Below, piece after piece: positions 1-10,741 of a stretch of 41,692 nt of DNA. The notes beneath the pieces were generated by a model. That model ran no database searches, was not told the origin of the DNA, and saw only the letters and a list, made by a program, of their open reading frames with translations. Position 1 is the first letter of the stretch. Each line of letters opens with the position of its first letter. The DNA is from an uncultured Microbacteriaceae bacterium (lineage in GTDB: Bacteria > Actinomycetota > Actinomycetes > Actinomycetales > Microbacteriaceae): the NCBI GenBank assembly GCA_903857985.1, contig CAIOGW010000099.1, positions 1 to 41,692 of the forward strand. The letters are read 5' to 3'. The position numbers and the translations under genes are program-made.

Positions 1-1408
1 GTTCGGCGCCGGGCGTGGCGATAACAATCTGCGGCGTCGGCGCAATGCTGGTCACGACACGCTCACCATCACTCACCACAATGGCAACATTCGGAAAGCT
101 CTTGCCGATGATGTCTGCGGTCCACGTGCTGCCCGGAGCAACGTCGGAAATCTCGTGTGATCCACAGGACGCGCAGGTGGTGTCGGTCGCCAAACGGCCG
201 CACCATCGACAATCTGGCACAGCGCCACGATTAGCCCGACGCACTGGCCCGCCACACGCTGTGCAGGCGGACCGCTCGCGACAGGAAGAACACACGATGA
301 GTTGGGAGAATCCCGGTCGCGGCACCTGAATAAGAACGGGAGCTTCGAGCACAGCAGTTGCCGCCCACTGCCACGCGACCGCCGGAATACGGTTCGCTCC
401 GCCAGCTGACTCATCATCAAGAGGGATGATTTTTGGTTCAGCACGCGTGGAAAGGTTGACGTGTGTGAGCCACTCAATGTCAATCAGGCGTGTCACGTGT
501 GCCGACGGGCTCAAGGAGAGAAAGGCTACAAGACCGCCCTCGAGCTGATGTCGAAGGAGCGCGATATCCCGGGGGTGCGCATAGGGCGCCATGGGTTCGT
601 CGAGCACGGGGTCGCCATCGTCCCAGATGACGAAGGCTCCGAGCCCGGCCACGGGGGCATAGGCGGCACTGCGACTACCGACAACAATCACGACGTCCCC
701 CCGCGCGCACCTCAGGTAATTGACCCAACGAGCGGCAGGCTCCACCTCAGCGTCGAGGCGACACACGAGATCGCCCAAGCCATCGGCCTCAAGATCAGCG
801 ACGAGACGCGCGATATCTCGAAAGTCGGGCACGACCAAGATTGCCGACGTGCCGGAAGCGATGGCGTTCCGAGCCAATTGCGTCATCACGATCGACCAGG
901 CAGAGGTGCTCTGTGCAGCAGAATTCATAACCTGAGCCATGGGAACGGTGATGGCGAGTCGATTGTCCGTATTTGTTATGTCTCCTAGGCCCGCGATCTG
1001 GCAAGCGGAGATGGTTGCTTCGGGATCGGGCGTTCGAGCCGCGAACGCCTTCTCTGCGCGCACGTATCTGCGGGGAAGAGCCAATCGCAAAACATCAGCG
1101 GCAGTGCCCACTTGTCGATCTGCCACGGCCCGCGCTAGGTCGAAAAGACGGCGAGGCAGAACCGGTATGGCGCTCACCAAATCACTCACATCAGAGAGTC
1201 GCCCTGAGTAGTCTGAGCTTGTCGCAATCTCAACCACGTAGGCGAGCGTCTGGCGTCCACCCGATCTTAATGGCACGTGAACCAGACTTCCCTCGAGGAC
1301 ACTGCCCACGAGGTCCGGTGGGATGCGGTAATCCAGAAGCCGATCTAGCTGAGGAAGCGGCGAGTCGAGAACGACCCGTGCTACCAACAACGAGGGAGCA
1401 GTCGTCAC
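1..1408 (-). CDS. priA: Primosomal protein N' (PriA), N-terminal ~469 aa; 3' end lies beyond the window edge
   Basis: Manual translation of the minus-strand frame with codon starts at 1408, 1405 and so on. It is open with no stop all the way to base 1, so it is not in the ORF track. It reads [52 protein letters not shown]...[13 protein letters not shown]...VIWDDGD...[12 protein letters not shown]...[17 protein letters not shown]...CRWCGRL...CASCGS...IVIATPGAE. This shows PriA N-terminal, Cys-rich zinc and C-terminal hallmarks. The position directly downstream of metK matches actinobacterial synteny. The start is uncertain: GTG 1408 (GTGA overlap with the metK stop) or TTG 1390/1387. Confidence 0.85.
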   Translation of the reverse strand, partial: MTTAPSLLVARVVLDSPLPQLDRLLDYRIPPDLVGSVLEGSLVHVPLRSGGRQTLAYVVEIATSSDYSGRLSDVSDLVSAIPVLPRRLFDLARAVADRQVGTAADVLRLALPRRYVRAEKAFAARTPDPEATISACQIAGLGDITNTDNRLAITVPMAQVMNSAAQSTSAWSIVMTQLARNAIASGTSAILVVPDFRDIARLVADLEADGLGDLVCRLDAEVEPAARWVNYLRCARGDVVIVVGSRSAAYAPVAGLGAFVIWDDGDPVLDEPMAPYAHPRDIALLRHQLEGGLVAFLSLSPSAHVTRLIDIEWLTHVNLSTRAEPKIIPLDDESAGGANRIPAVAWQWAATAVLEAPVLIQVPRPGFSQLIVCSSCRERSACTACGGPVRRANRGAVPDCRWCGRLATDTTCASCGSHEISDVAPGSTWTADIIGKSFPNVAIVVSDGERVVTSIAPTPQIVIATPGAE

Positions 1409-2559
1409 AGACCGACGGCAGACCGCAGATCGTCGACGCGGTTGAGGTTCTCCCAAGTGAAGCCTTCGCCCTCGCGACCGAAGTGGCCATAGGCTGCCGT
1501 TGCGGCATAGCGAGGCTTCAGTAAATCGAGATCCCTGATGAGAGCCGCGGGGCGGAAGTCAAAGACGTCGCGAATGGCGGACTGAATCTTCTCCGGGTCA
1601 ACGTGGTGCGTGCCAAACGTCTCGACATATACGCCCACCGGCTGTGCGACACCGATGGCGTAAGCGATTTGAAGTTCGATGCGGTCTGCAAGACCGGCCG
1701 CAACGGCATTTTTGGCCGCCCAGCGCATCGCGTACGCCGCACTGCGGTCAACCTTGGAAGGATCTTTGCCGCTGAAGGCGCCACCGCCGTGCCTGCTCGC
1801 TCCCCCGTAGGTGTCAACGATGATCTTTCGTCCGGTCAACCCGGCGTCTGCACCGGGGCCGCCCTCGACGAACTTTCCCATGTGGTTGATGAAAAGACGC
1901 GGGGCCGCGTGCTCGATGTCGACAGTCGAAAGAACAGGTTCAATGACGTGTTCCGCTACTTCTGCCCGCAGGGTATCGAGGTCGATGTCGGCAAGGTGCT
2001 GGGTACTCACGACGACGGCGTCGATTGAGCGTGGAGTGTTGCCCTCGTATCCGATGGTCACCTGTGTCTTGCCGTCTGGTCCCAAGTAGGCCAGCTGTCC
2101 CGACTTGCGAACCTCGGCCAAGCGCTCAGCCAAACGATGCGCCAGCCAAATGGGAAGAGGCATGAAGTTGTGAGTTTCGTTCGATGCGTAGCCAAACATG
2201 ATGCCCTGATCTCCGGCGCCCTGGTCTTTTTCGTTAAACACGCCGGCCGCGATGTCGGGTGACTGGGCCCCGAGCGACACGGAGACACCGCAGTTAGCTC
2301 CGTCAAAACCAAACTGGTGATCGCCGTAGCCAATGCGCGTCAGCGTCTGTCGCACGAGCGAGGGAATCTCTACATATGCCTCGGTCGTTACCTCACCCAC
2401 GACATGCACGAGTCCGCGGGTCACAACCGTTTCAACCGCTACCCGCGACGCGGGATCAATGGCCAGCAGTGCGTCCAAAATGGCGTCAGAGATCTGATCG
2501 CAGACTTTGTCTGGGTGGCCTTCGGTAACGGACTCTGAAGAAAATAGGCGAATAGACAT
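1405..2559 (-). CDS. metK: S-adenosylmethionine synthase
   Basis: 384 aa ORF. N-terminus [25 protein letters not shown], plus [12 protein letters not shown] and [19 protein letters not shown] motifs. ATG preceded by an AGGAG RBS. Confidence 0.97.
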   Translation of the reverse strand: MSIRLFSSESVTEGHPDKVCDQISDAILDALLAIDPASRVAVETVVTRGLVHVVGEVTTEAYVEIPSLVRQTLTRIGYGDHQFGFDGANCGVSVSLGAQSPDIAAGVFNEKDQGAGDQGIMFGYASNETHNFMPLPIWLAHRLAERLAEVRKSGQLAYLGPDGKTQVTIGYEGNTPRSIDAVVVSTQHLADIDLDTLRAEVAEHVIEPVLSTVDIEHAAPRLFINHMGKFVEGGPGADAGLTGRKIIVDTYGGASRHGGGAFSGKDPSKVDRSAAYAMRWAAKNAVAAGLADRIELQIAYAIGVAQPVGVYVETFGTHHVDPEKIQSAIRDVFDFRPAALIRDLDLLKPRYAATAAYGHFGREGEGFTWENLNRVDDLRSAVGL

Positions 2560-2580
2560 GAGAACTCCTGTGTGTGGCTG

Positions 2581-3789
2581 TTAGCTGCGCAACTCGACAA
2601 CTACGTCAAGGATACTTTGCGCGACCGACAGTTTTTCTCCACTGCTGCGCCCTAATTCGCGTCCGTCGCCCGAGACAATAATGACGTCGTTATCAGCTGT
2701 ACCAATACCTCGATCAACACTCACGCGATTGGCCACGATGGCAGCAGCACCTTTCGATGAAGCCTTGTGGCGTGCGAGAGCGAGAAGTTCAACATCGTCT
2801 TCGGCAGTCTCCGCCGCAAAACCGATGACAAGGCAACGCGGATGTCGCGCAGCCATGGCAAGAATGTCGGGATTTTCCACGAGTTCAATGCTCGGATTCT
2901 GCCCGAGCGTCGTCTTCTTCAGCTTTCGTTCTGAGACGACGGCGGGCCGGTAGTCAGCCACAGCGGCCGCCATGATGAGCACATCCGTCTCGTCGAGACG
3001 ATCAACGACGGAACTCTGCATCGCAGCAGCAGTGCCCGCGAAGGTCACCTCCATGCCCGACGGCGGCTCGATGTCCATGTGGCCGGAGATGAAGTGCACC
3101 GAAGCTCCACGCACCCGGGCAGCCTCGGCAAGGGCAACAGCCTGCCGACCGGAAGACGAGTTTCCGATAAATCGAACGGGATCGAGCTGCTCGCGTGTGC
3201 CGCCCCCTGTGATGAGGACACGAACGCCGTCGAGGTCGCGCTCGCTCCGTCCCACAGCAGCGTAGGTTGCCGAAACAATGCTGTGCACCTCGGCCATGCG
3301 ACCCACACCGACGTCGCTTCCGGTGAGCGCACCCGCTGCCGGATCAACGACTATCACGCCCCGCTTGCGAAGCACTGCGACGTTGTGAACCGTCGCAGCG
3401 TTCTGCCACATCTCCGTGTGCATGGCCGGAGCCACAATCAGCGGACCGCGTCGGGCCAATACCGTGTTGCCCAGCAGGTCGGGGGCCAGTCCCGCAGCAA
3501 TGCCAGCGAGCGTATGCGCCGTTGCCGGGGCAATCACCACGGCATCAGCATTTTGGCCAAGGGCCACGTGACGAACCTGTGAGACTTCGTCATACAGGGC
3601 GTCATAAACCGGATTGTGGCTTATCGCTTCGAGCGTTGATTTGCCAACGAACTCGTATGCTGCCTGAGTTGCTACCACCTGAACATCGTGACCGTCGAGC
3701 ACGAACGCACGAATCGCACCAACGGCCTTGTACGCGGCGATGCCGCCACTAACGCCCACGACGAGGCGCAACCGCGAGGCCTCCCTCAC
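2581..3789 (-). CDS. coaBC: Bifunctional phosphopantothenoylcysteine decarboxylase / phosphopantothenate-cysteine ligase
   Basis: 402 aa. VGVSGGIAAYKA flavoprotein N-domain and a C-terminal CoaB domain (ITGGGTREQLDPVRFIGNSSSG, AAAVADYRP). GTG start, 3 nt after the rpoZ stop. Confidence 0.95.
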   Translation of the reverse strand: MREASRLRLVVGVSGGIAAYKAVGAIRAFVLDGHDVQVVATQAAYEFVGKSTLEAISHNPVYDALYDEVSQVRHVALGQNADAVVIAPATAHTLAGIAAGLAPDLLGNTVLARRGPLIVAPAMHTEMWQNAATVHNVAVLRKRGVIVVDPAAGALTGSDVGVGRMAEVHSIVSATYAAVGRSERDLDGVRVLITGGGTREQLDPVRFIGNSSSGRQAVALAEAARVRGASVHFISGHMDIEPPSGMEVTFAGTAAAMQSSVVDRLDETDVLIMAAAVADYRPAVVSERKLKKTTLGQNPSIELVENPDILAMAARHPRCLVIGFAAETAEDDVELLALARHKASSKGAAAIVANRVSVDRGIGTADNDVIIVSGDGRELGRSSGEKLSVAQSILDVVVELRS

Positions 3790-3792
3790 GAA

Positions 3793-4050
3793 CTACTCCG
3801 CAGGAACGGTGAGAGTGAGCTTGTTCTCGTTGATCTCGCGCAGCGCAACGGTGAGCGGCTTATCGTCAATGTTGGAGTCGACGAGCGGACCAACGTTGTC
3901 GAAAAGGCTGCCGTCGTGAAGGTCGGAGTAGTAGTCGTTAATCTGACGCGCGCGCTTTGCGGCAAAGATCACGAGCGCATACTTCGAGTCGACCTTAGCG
4001 AGCAGGTCGTCGATGGGCGGATTGATGATGCCCTGAAGTTTGGTGACCAT
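3793..4050 (-). CDS. rpoZ: DNA-directed RNA polymerase subunit omega
   Basis: 85 aa. [26 protein letters not shown] is the conserved omega core. AGGAG RBS. Lies between gmk and coaBC as in other actinobacteria. Confidence 0.93.
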   Translation of the reverse strand: MVTKLQGIINPPIDDLLAKVDSKYALVIFAAKRARQINDYYSDLHDGSLFDNVGPLVDSNIDDKPLTVALREINENKLTLTVPAE

Positions 4051-4053
4051 GAA

Positions 4054-4950
4054 TTACTCCTGACTGATTCCCATCAATTCTAGGACGAAATGAACAGCGT
4101 CACTGACGTCATCGTTGACAACACACACATCGAACCGGTTGGCCAGGGAAAGTTCGTGTTCAGCGGTAGTCAGTCGACGTCTCTGCTGGTCTTCATCTTC
4201 GGTGCCGCGCCCCGCGAGTCGGTCGACGAGCGCATCCCAGGACGGCGGCAAAAGAAACACCAGTCGGATCTCGGGCATCGCTTGCTTCACACTCATCGCC
4301 CCCTGAACATCAATCTCGAGGAGCACGGGTTTGTCGGCGTCAATCGCGTCATCTACCGGTTGCCGCGGCGTGCCGTAGCGATGTTCTCCGTGCACCAGCG
4401 CCCATTCCAGCAACTCAGAATCTGAGACCATCCTGTCGAACTCAGCCTCAGAGACGAAGAAATAGTGTTCCCCGTCAATCTCTCCGGGGCGAGGCGGACG
4501 CGTCGTTGCCGAAACGGAGACAAACGTGTCGGGTCGGTGCGCTCGGACTCCACTGGCAACAGTTCCCTTTCCCACGCCCGACGGCCCCGCGAGCACAATC
4601 GGGATGAGCGTTCGTGGTGGATCAGTGTGTCCGGCGCGTTCAGTGAGGAAACCGACGAGCTCTTTCCGCTGCCGACTCCCTAAGAAGCCGAGTCGCTTTC
4701 GGTCTGAAATCGCCAAGACCTCGAGCGTGCGTGCCACCTTTCCCGCCCCCAGTCCGCGCAGGCACGAAAGAAACTCGGGAACGCGAAGTCCCGCCTCAAA
4801 CGATGACGGATCAGCACACGCGACAGCCACGACGTCGAGCGGACTCCGTCTGCCGTCGCGAAGTGACGCTTTTACCTGCGCGCGACCTCGACGGGCACGC
4901 AAAGCGGCCGCTGTTCCAGCGGCACTGTCAACGGTGGGCGGTTTAGACAA
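4054..4950 (-). CDS. gmk: Guanylate kinase with an in-frame N-terminal mIHF-like (actinobacterial integration host factor) domain
   Basis: 298 aa single ORF. Residues ~10-103 ([20 protein letters not shown]...LRVPEFLSCLRGLGAGKVARTLEVLAISDRKRLGFLGSRQRKELVGFL) align by eye to mycobacterial mIHF. Residues ~115-298 are a canonical Gmk (P-loop GPSGVGKGT, SATTRPPRPGEIDGEHYFF). TTG start at 4950 overlaps the pyrF stop by 8 nt. Confidence 0.88.
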   Translation of the reverse strand: MSKPPTVDSAAGTAAALRARRGRAQVKASLRDGRRSPLDVVAVACADPSSFEAGLRVPEFLSCLRGLGAGKVARTLEVLAISDRKRLGFLGSRQRKELVGFLTERAGHTDPPRTLIPIVLAGPSGVGKGTVASGVRAHRPDTFVSVSATTRPPRPGEIDGEHYFFVSEAEFDRMVSDSELLEWALVHGEHRYGTPRQPVDDAIDADKPVLLEIDVQGAMSVKQAMPEIRLVFLLPPSWDALVDRLAGRGTEDEDQQRRRLTTAEHELSLANRFDVCVVNDDVSDAVHFVLELMGISQE

Positions 4951-5788
4951 AGGCGTCCGCGACCTCGTTTGCCTCGCGACGTACAGCGTCTGCCACGCCC
5001 TCGCGACCCGACTCGAGAATGCTGCGGGACTGGGCCACGATCAGCGTGGATGAGGCCTTCCCAAAACGTGATCGTGCATCTCGAACCGAGGCGCCCTGCG
5101 CACCAAAGCCGGGAGCCAGAATGGGCATTCCCTGAAGGTCGGCATCACTGAGGCCATACGCGCCGATGTCGGTGCTCGCACCAATCACCACACCGACGCT
5201 TGATACCGCATCCTCAGACGTATCCGCCCGTGCCAGAAGACGAACAGATCTGACAACGTGGGCCGACACAGTCTCGTGAGAGTCGGTGAGGCGAGCCTCT
5301 TGTATTGTTGTCGCTTCAGGATTTGACGTAACTCCGAGCACGAAGAGGCCGCGCTCATTGGCCTCGGCAGTGTCAACCAAGCCCTGGAGTGAGGCAACAC
5401 CCAGATACGGCGCGACCGTGAGTGCGTCACTCGCGAGGCTAGATTCGGGTGAAAACCAGGCACTCGCGTAGCCGTCCATTGTGCTACCAATGTCGCCGCG
5501 CTTGGCATCGGCAATCACGAGAACCTCAGCGTCGCGGGCTCGCGCTAACAGGGTTTCGAGAGCCGAAAACCCTGCAGAGCCAAAGCGCTCGAAGAAGGAG
5601 ACCTGTGGCTTGATGATGCCCGCTACTCCAACACAGGCGTCGAGAACGCGAAGACTGAACTCGCGCGCACCCACCGCTGAGTGCTCAAGTTCCCAGATGT
5701 CGAGCAGATAGTCGTGTGGATCAATTCCCACACAGAGGTGACCGTAACGCTGCCAGCTTTCGGTCAAGCGCTCTCCAAACGAAGTCAT
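4943..5788 (-). CDS. pyrF: Orotidine 5'-phosphate decarboxylase (type 2)
   Basis: 281 aa. [14 protein letters not shown] and [12 protein letters not shown] motifs. ATGA overlap with the carB stop. Confidence 0.94.
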   Translation of the reverse strand: MTSFGERLTESWQRYGHLCVGIDPHDYLLDIWELEHSAVGAREFSLRVLDACVGVAGIIKPQVSFFERFGSAGFSALETLLARARDAEVLVIADAKRGDIGSTMDGYASAWFSPESSLASDALTVAPYLGVASLQGLVDTAEANERGLFVLGVTSNPEATTIQEARLTDSHETVSAHVVRSVRLLARADTSEDAVSSVGVVIGASTDIGAYGLSDADLQGMPILAPGFGAQGASVRDARSRFGKASSTLIVAQSRSILESGREGVADAVRREANEVADAFV

Positions 5789-8700
5789 ACCGTGGCTCCT
5801 CGCTGTTCGTCGCGGCGGCGCTGATACTCCTGCAGGCTGGTTACCGTCATGCCCTCGCGAGACACGTCAATCGACGCGACGGCAGCGCTGACCTGCGCCA
5901 TGCTCGTAAAGAGGGGCTTGTCGGCAAGAACAGCTGCCGTGCGAATTTCGTATCCGTCGGCCATGGCGCTGCGACCACTCGGCGTATTGATCACGAGATC
6001 GACCTCGTTGCGCGCGATGAGGTCAACAATCGTGTCTTCCCCCGACCGTTCGTTGAACTTTGCCACCACGCGAACCGGGATGCCGTTTCTTGCCAACATT
6101 TCGGCGGTACCCGATGTGGCCACGATGTCAAAGCCCAGTTGCGTGAGGCGGAGAATGGGGAGAACGATGGCGCGCTTGTCTCGATCAGCAACCGATACAA
6201 ATGCAGTACCCGAGGTGGGTAGGCGCCCGAAAGCCGCCTCCTGGCTCTTCGCAAACGCGCGAGGGAAGTCGCGGTCGATGCCCATGACCTCACCCGTTGA
6301 CTTCATCTCGGGGCCAAGAATGGCGTCGACGATTTGGCCGGTGGGAGTGCGGAATCTCTTGAACGGGAGAACCGCTTCCTTGACGGAGATGGGCGAATCC
6401 GTGGGAACGCGCGAGCCGTCGTTGGCGGGCAGGAGGCCCTCAGCGATCAACTCGGCAACCGTCGTGCCCATCATGATGCGACTAGCCGCCTTGGCGAGCG
6501 GGATGCCCAGAGCTTTGGACACGAACGGGACGGTGCGGCTGGCTCGCGGGTTCGCCTCGAGCACGTAGAGAACCCCAGCGCCGATGGCAAACTGAACGTT
6601 GAGCAGGCCCTGAACACCCACGCCGCGAGCGATGGCGAGCGTTGCTGTACGAACCCGGTCGATTTCAGCGCTGCTGAGCGTCACCGGGGGAAGTGTGCAC
6701 GCCGAGTCTCCCGAATGAACACCCGCCTGCTCGATGTGCTCCATCACTCCCCCGATGTACAGGGTTTCGCCGTCAAACAGTGCGTCCACATCAATCTCGA
6801 TGGCATCGTCGAGAAAGCGATCTACCAAGAGGGGCTGCTCGGGGCCCACTATTGCCTGTCCCCCGATGCGCACAAAGTAGTCTCGAATCCCTGGCGAATC
6901 AAACACGATTTCCATGCCACGACCGCCGAGAACGTACGAGGGACGAACAAGCACGGGGTAGCCGATTTCTTCGGCGACGCGCACGGCACCGTCCACGTCA
7001 GTTGCTGTGCCGTTCTTGGGAGCCAGGAGTCCGGCCTCGTTGAGGATGCGCGAGAACGCGCCCCGCTCTTCGGCAAGGTCGATGGCTTCTGGTGTCGTTC
7101 CCAAGATGGGGATACCTGCCGCCTTGAGGCCCTTGGCCAACCCGAGGGCCGTCTGACCACCCAGCTGCACGACCACACCCACGACGGTGCCCGAGGCCTG
7201 CTCGGCGTGAATTACCTCAAGCACATCTTCGAGCGTGAGAGGCTCAAAATAGAGGCGATCACTCGTGTCGTAGTCGGTCGAGACCGTCTCGGGATTGCAG
7301 TTAACCATGACCGTTTCGTAACCGGCGTCGTGCAGCGCAAACGAGGCGTGCACGCACGAGTAATCGAACTCCACGCCCTGGCCGATGCGGTTGGGGCCCG
7401 AGCCGATGATGATGACCTTCTGCTTGTCACTTGGAGCTACCTCGGTCTCCTGGTCGTAACTCGAGTAGTGATACGGCGTCAGCGCAGGAAATTCCCCCGC
7501 ACACGTGTCGACCGTCTTGAAAACCGGGCGAAGTCCCAGACCGTGACGCTGCTGCCGCACATCTTCTTCGGTCATGTTGCGCAACTGGGCAATCTGAGCA
7601 TCGCTAAAGCCGTGCATCTTGGCGATGCGCAGCGTGGAAACGTCGAGACTCTTTGCGCCACTCACGACATCTGCCACCTCGTTGATCAGGACGATTTGAT
7701 CGATGAACCACGGGTCGATCTTGGTGGCGTCGAAAAGCTGCGCAGCGGTGGCGCCCTTGCGGAGAGCCTGCTGCACCGTCACGATACGACCGTCTGTGGG
7801 CGTGCGTGCGACGTCAACCAGATCGGCAGCAGTGCGCGTCTCCTCACCCCAGTGAAACGAGCTGCCCCGCTTCTCGAGCGACCGCAGAGCTTTTTGGAGG
7901 GCTGTGGCGTAGTTGCGTCCGATCGCCATCGCCTCGCCCACGGACTTCATCGTGGTGGTGAGGCTCGAGTCGGCCGACGGAAACTTCTCGAAGGCGAAGC
8001 GCGGAACCTTCACGACGACATAATCGAGCGTTGGCTCAAAGCTCGCGGGGGTCACCTTGGTGATGTCGTTGGGAATCTCGTCGAGGCGGTATCCACTCGC
8101 CAACTTGGCGGCAATCTTTGCGATGGGAAAGCCGGTGGCCTTTGATGCCAACGCCGACGAACGCGAAACGCGTGGGTTCATCTCGATCACGATGACGCGG
8201 CCAGTTTCCGGGTGGACTGCAAACTGGATATTGCACCCGCCGGTGTCGACACCCACGAGCCGAATAATCTCGATGCCGATGTTGCGCAGATTCTGGTATT
8301 CCCGATCCGTCAGCGTGAGCGCGGGAGCAACAGTAATCGAGTCGCCGGTGTGCACGCCGACGGGGTCAACGTTTTCAATGGAACACACAACAACCGTGTT
8401 ATCGGCTGTATCGCGCATGAGTTCGAGCTCATATTCCTTCCAACCGAGAATGCTCTCTTCGAGCAGCACTTCCGTTGTCGGCGACTCTTGGAGTCCCTGC
8501 GTCACGATTCGATCGAGATCGTTTTCGTCGTAGGCGAAGCCCGAACCAAGACCACCCATGGTGAAAGACGGACGAACGACAACGGGATAGCCGAGCTCGA
8601 GAGCAAAGCCCTGTGCCTCGTCCAGCGTGTGGGCCACGAAGCTGCGAGCAACATCCGCGCCCGCATCCAAAACGAGATTCTTGAAGAGCAGTCGATCTTC

Positions 8701-9078
8701 CCCTTTACGAATTGCCTCCACCTTGGCGCCGATGAGTTCGACGTTGTACTTTTCAAGAATTCCAGCTTCGTGCAGGGCAATGGCCGCGTTCAACGCTGTT
8801 TGCCCGCCCAGAGTGGGCAAGACGGCATCCGGGCGCTCCTTGGCGATGATGGCCTCGATGGCCTCAGTCGTGATGGGCTCAATGTATGTGGCGTCAGCGA
8901 AGTCGGGATCGGTCATAATCGTGGCCGGATTGGAGTTGACCAGAATCACCCGAATTCCCTCAGCTCGCAAGACACGGCAGGCCTGGGTGCCCGAGTAATC
9001 GAACTCACACGCCTGACCGATGACGATGGGTCCGGACCCAATCACGAGTACCGATGAAATGTCGCTGCGACGTGGCAT
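5785..9078 (-). CDS. carB: Carbamoyl-phosphate synthase large subunit
   Basis: 1097 aa with duplicated ATP-grasp halves ([21 protein letters not shown] and [22 protein letters not shown]) and a C-terminal MGS-like domain. Confidence 0.98.
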   Translation of the reverse strand: MPRRSDISSVLVIGSGPIVIGQACEFDYSGTQACRVLRAEGIRVILVNSNPATIMTDPDFADATYIEPITTEAIEAIIAKERPDAVLPTLGGQTALNAAIALHEAGILEKYNVELIGAKVEAIRKGEDRLLFKNLVLDAGADVARSFVAHTLDEAQGFALELGYPVVVRPSFTMGGLGSGFAYDENDLDRIVTQGLQESPTTEVLLEESILGWKEYELELMRDTADNTVVVCSIENVDPVGVHTGDSITVAPALTLTDREYQNLRNIGIEIIRLVGVDTGGCNIQFAVHPETGRVIVIEMNPRVSRSSALASKATGFPIAKIAAKLASGYRLDEIPNDITKVTPASFEPTLDYVVVKVPRFAFEKFPSADSSLTTTMKSVGEAMAIGRNYATALQKALRSLEKRGSSFHWGEETRTAADLVDVARTPTDGRIVTVQQALRKGATAAQLFDATKIDPWFIDQIVLINEVADVVSGAKSLDVSTLRIAKMHGFSDAQIAQLRNMTEEDVRQQRHGLGLRPVFKTVDTCAGEFPALTPYHYSSYDQETEVAPSDKQKVIIIGSGPNRIGQGVEFDYSCVHASFALHDAGYETVMVNCNPETVSTDYDTSDRLYFEPLTLEDVLEVIHAEQASGTVVGVVVQLGGQTALGLAKGLKAAGIPILGTTPEAIDLAEERGAFSRILNEAGLLAPKNGTATDVDGAVRVAEEIGYPVLVRPSYVLGGRGMEIVFDSPGIRDYFVRIGGQAIVGPEQPLLVDRFLDDAIEIDVDALFDGETLYIGGVMEHIEQAGVHSGDSACTLPPVTLSSAEIDRVRTATLAIARGVGVQGLLNVQFAIGAGVLYVLEANPRASRTVPFVSKALGIPLAKAASRIMMGTTVAELIAEGLLPANDGSRVPTDSPISVKEAVLPFKRFRTPTGQIVDAILGPEMKSTGEVMGIDRDFPRAFAKSQEAAFGRLPTSGTAFVSVADRDKRAIVLPILRLTQLGFDIVATSGTAEMLARNGIPVRVVAKFNERSGEDTIVDLIARNEVDLVINTPSGRSAMADGYEIRTAAVLADKPLFTSMAQVSAAVASIDVSREGMTVTSLQEYQRRRDEQRGATV

Positions 9079-10226
9079 TAGCTGCTTACTCCCTTGCGCG
9101 ACGCGAGAACCATGTCACGGAATTGATCGAAAAGGTACATGGAATCGTGCGGTCCCGAGGCAGCCTCGGGATGGTACTGCACCGAGAAAGCGTCGATATC
9201 AAGACATCGAAGTCCCTCCACAACCTCGTCGTTCAGGCTGTAGTGACTCACTTCCACTCGACCAAAACCCTCGGGTGAATCGATGATGGCGTCAATGGGG
9301 GCATCAACTGCGAAGCCATGATTCTGGCTCGTGATTTCCACGCGCCCCGATCGTTTGTCGAGGACCGGCTGGTTGATACCGCGGTGGCCAAAGGGCAACT
9401 TGTACGTGCCAAAGCCCAAGGCGCGTCCGAGCAACTGGTTACCAAAGCAGATGCCAAAGAATGGCATACCCGAGCGCAGCAGCTGACGCAGCAACTCCAC
9501 GTGGCCGTCACTCGCAGCAGGGTCACCGGGGCCGTTTGAGAAGAACAGGGCGTCGACACCGAGAGCGAGCACCTCGTCCGCGGTAATCGACTGAGGCAGA
9601 ACGTGAGCATCAAATCCGCGCTGGGCGATGTAGGCCACGGTCGATTTCTTTACGCCGAGATCGAGAATGGCCACCGAACCGATGCGGTCGATGCTGGCGG
9701 GCACGAGGTACGCCTCCTGAGTCGACACGCGATCGGAGAGGTTCTGTCCCGCCATATCAGGAACGCTCATAACCCGAGTCAGCTGCTCATTAGCTGTGAT
9801 GGCGTAGTCCGGTCCGGAAAAGATTCCCGAGCGCATGGCGCCCTTGTCGCGGATGTGACGCGTCACGGCTCGGGTGTCGAGTGAGGCAATGCCGACAATG
9901 TTGTCGGCCACGAGGTCGTCGGTGAGCGAACGTTCTGACCGGAAATTCGAGACAATTCTCGAAGGATCACGAACGACGAAGCCAGATACCCAGATGCGCT
10001 TAGATTCCATGTCGGCAACGTTCATTCCCGTATTGCCAATGTGGGGTGCCGTCATCATAACAATCTGACCGGCGTACGACGGGTCGGTCAGAGTCTCTTG
10101 ATATCCCGTCATCCCCGTTGCAAAGACGAGTTCGCCGAACACTGTGCCTCGAGCACCGAAGGCAAATCCTTCATAGCGCGAACCGTCTTCGAGGACGAGT
10201 ACGGCAGGGTCAAATGCTGATGTCAC
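9078..10226 (-). CDS. carA: Carbamoyl-phosphate synthase small (glutamine amidotransferase) subunit
   Basis: 382 aa. [17 protein letters not shown]-terminus, GICFGNQLL catalytic Cys region, and HGFAV/QYHPEA. GTG start in a GTGA overlap with the upstream ORF. Its stop shares 1 nt with the carB ATG. Confidence 0.96.
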   Translation of the reverse strand: MTSAFDPAVLVLEDGSRYEGFAFGARGTVFGELVFATGMTGYQETLTDPSYAGQIVMMTAPHIGNTGMNVADMESKRIWVSGFVVRDPSRIVSNFRSERSLTDDLVADNIVGIASLDTRAVTRHIRDKGAMRSGIFSGPDYAITANEQLTRVMSVPDMAGQNLSDRVSTQEAYLVPASIDRIGSVAILDLGVKKSTVAYIAQRGFDAHVLPQSITADEVLALGVDALFFSNGPGDPAASDGHVELLRQLLRSGMPFFGICFGNQLLGRALGFGTYKLPFGHRGINQPVLDKRSGRVEITSQNHGFAVDAPIDAIIDSPEGFGRVEVSHYSLNDEVVEGLRCLDIDAFSVQYHPEAASGPHDSMYLFDQFRDMVLASRKGVSS

Positions 10227-10741
10227 GAGGATTCCTTTTTAGCTGTGCTGATGAGATGTGCGTACGTTTCAAAAATAGAGTCGCGATCAGCGGAGGACAT
10301 TCTGAAGAAGCTACTCACCGCCCGCATTCCAACTTCTGCGGGGAGTTGCCAGTCGATAACGGTGAGCCCTCCGCGCTCAACCACCTTGTCTATGGTGAGG
10401 TGCGACGTGGTGAGACCGTCAATTCGATTCAGGGGAATCATCGTTGGACGCTCGCCCTTCAGATCAAAAACGACACCTGACTCACCGAGCACGAGTGTGG
10501 CCTGTGCGCGAAAAGCGAGTCCCGGTGCGGCGATGCGCTCGAGCACATTAGCGCGCTCAGACGTCGCCACGTAAAGACCGCGCCATGAGCCGATGACTTG
10601 CCCAATCGCGACGTCGGTGCGCAGTCCGGGTGGGAGGTTCGATGCGTCACGCCGGACGCGGCGCTGCCAGCCGAGCCACATGAGGACGAACACAATGGCG
10701 ACCAAGAGCACGGCAAGTCCGGCACCCCACAACCTATCCAT
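10223..10741 (-). CDS. Conserved pyr-operon membrane protein of unknown function (one N-terminal TM helix, PH-like soluble part)
   Basis: The track ORF (10223..10828) is trimmed to ATG 10741 ([28 protein letters not shown]), which overlaps the pyrC stop as ATGGATAG. It occupies the same pyrC-carA slot as Rv1382 in M. tuberculosis. No catalytic motif is recognisable. Confidence 0.7.
   Translation of the reverse strand: MDRLWGAGLAVLLVAIVFVLMWLGWQRRVRRDASNLPPGLRTDVAIGQVIGSWRGLYVATSERANVLERIAAPGLAFRAQATLVLGESGVVFDLKGERPTMIPLNRIDGLTTSHLTIDKVVERGGLTVIDWQLPAEVGMRAVSSFFRMSSADRDSIFETYAHLISTAKKESS

Noticed and set aside
461-1524. Plus-strand ORFs 461-988 and 973-1524, plus short minus-strand ORFs 73-483, 795-1004 and 1230-1508, near the left edge
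   Set aside because: The region is fully explained by the unlisted minus-strand priA frame, which is open from ~1408 to base 1 and has clear PriA motifs. The listed ORFs are off-frame or antisense.
2560-2580. Possible SAM riboswitch upstream of metK, or T-box leaders upstream of thrS (41118-41180) and alaS (23234-23246)
   Set aside because: The gaps are only 21, 63 and 13 nt, too short for these elements. No specifier or T-box motifs, or SAM-I core helices, are visible.
6334-8145. 603-aa plus-strand ORF. Other long plus-strand ORFs behave similarly, for example 36094-37230, 10593-11414, 15312-16193, 21200-22072, 39459-40244 and 8212-9057.
   Set aside because: All lie antisense to strongly supported conserved genes (carB, yebC/pdxT, pyrC, aroB, alaS, thrS). 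Their translations are Arg/Gly/Val/His-rich with no recognisable motifs. These are typical shadow ORFs of high-GC coding DNA.
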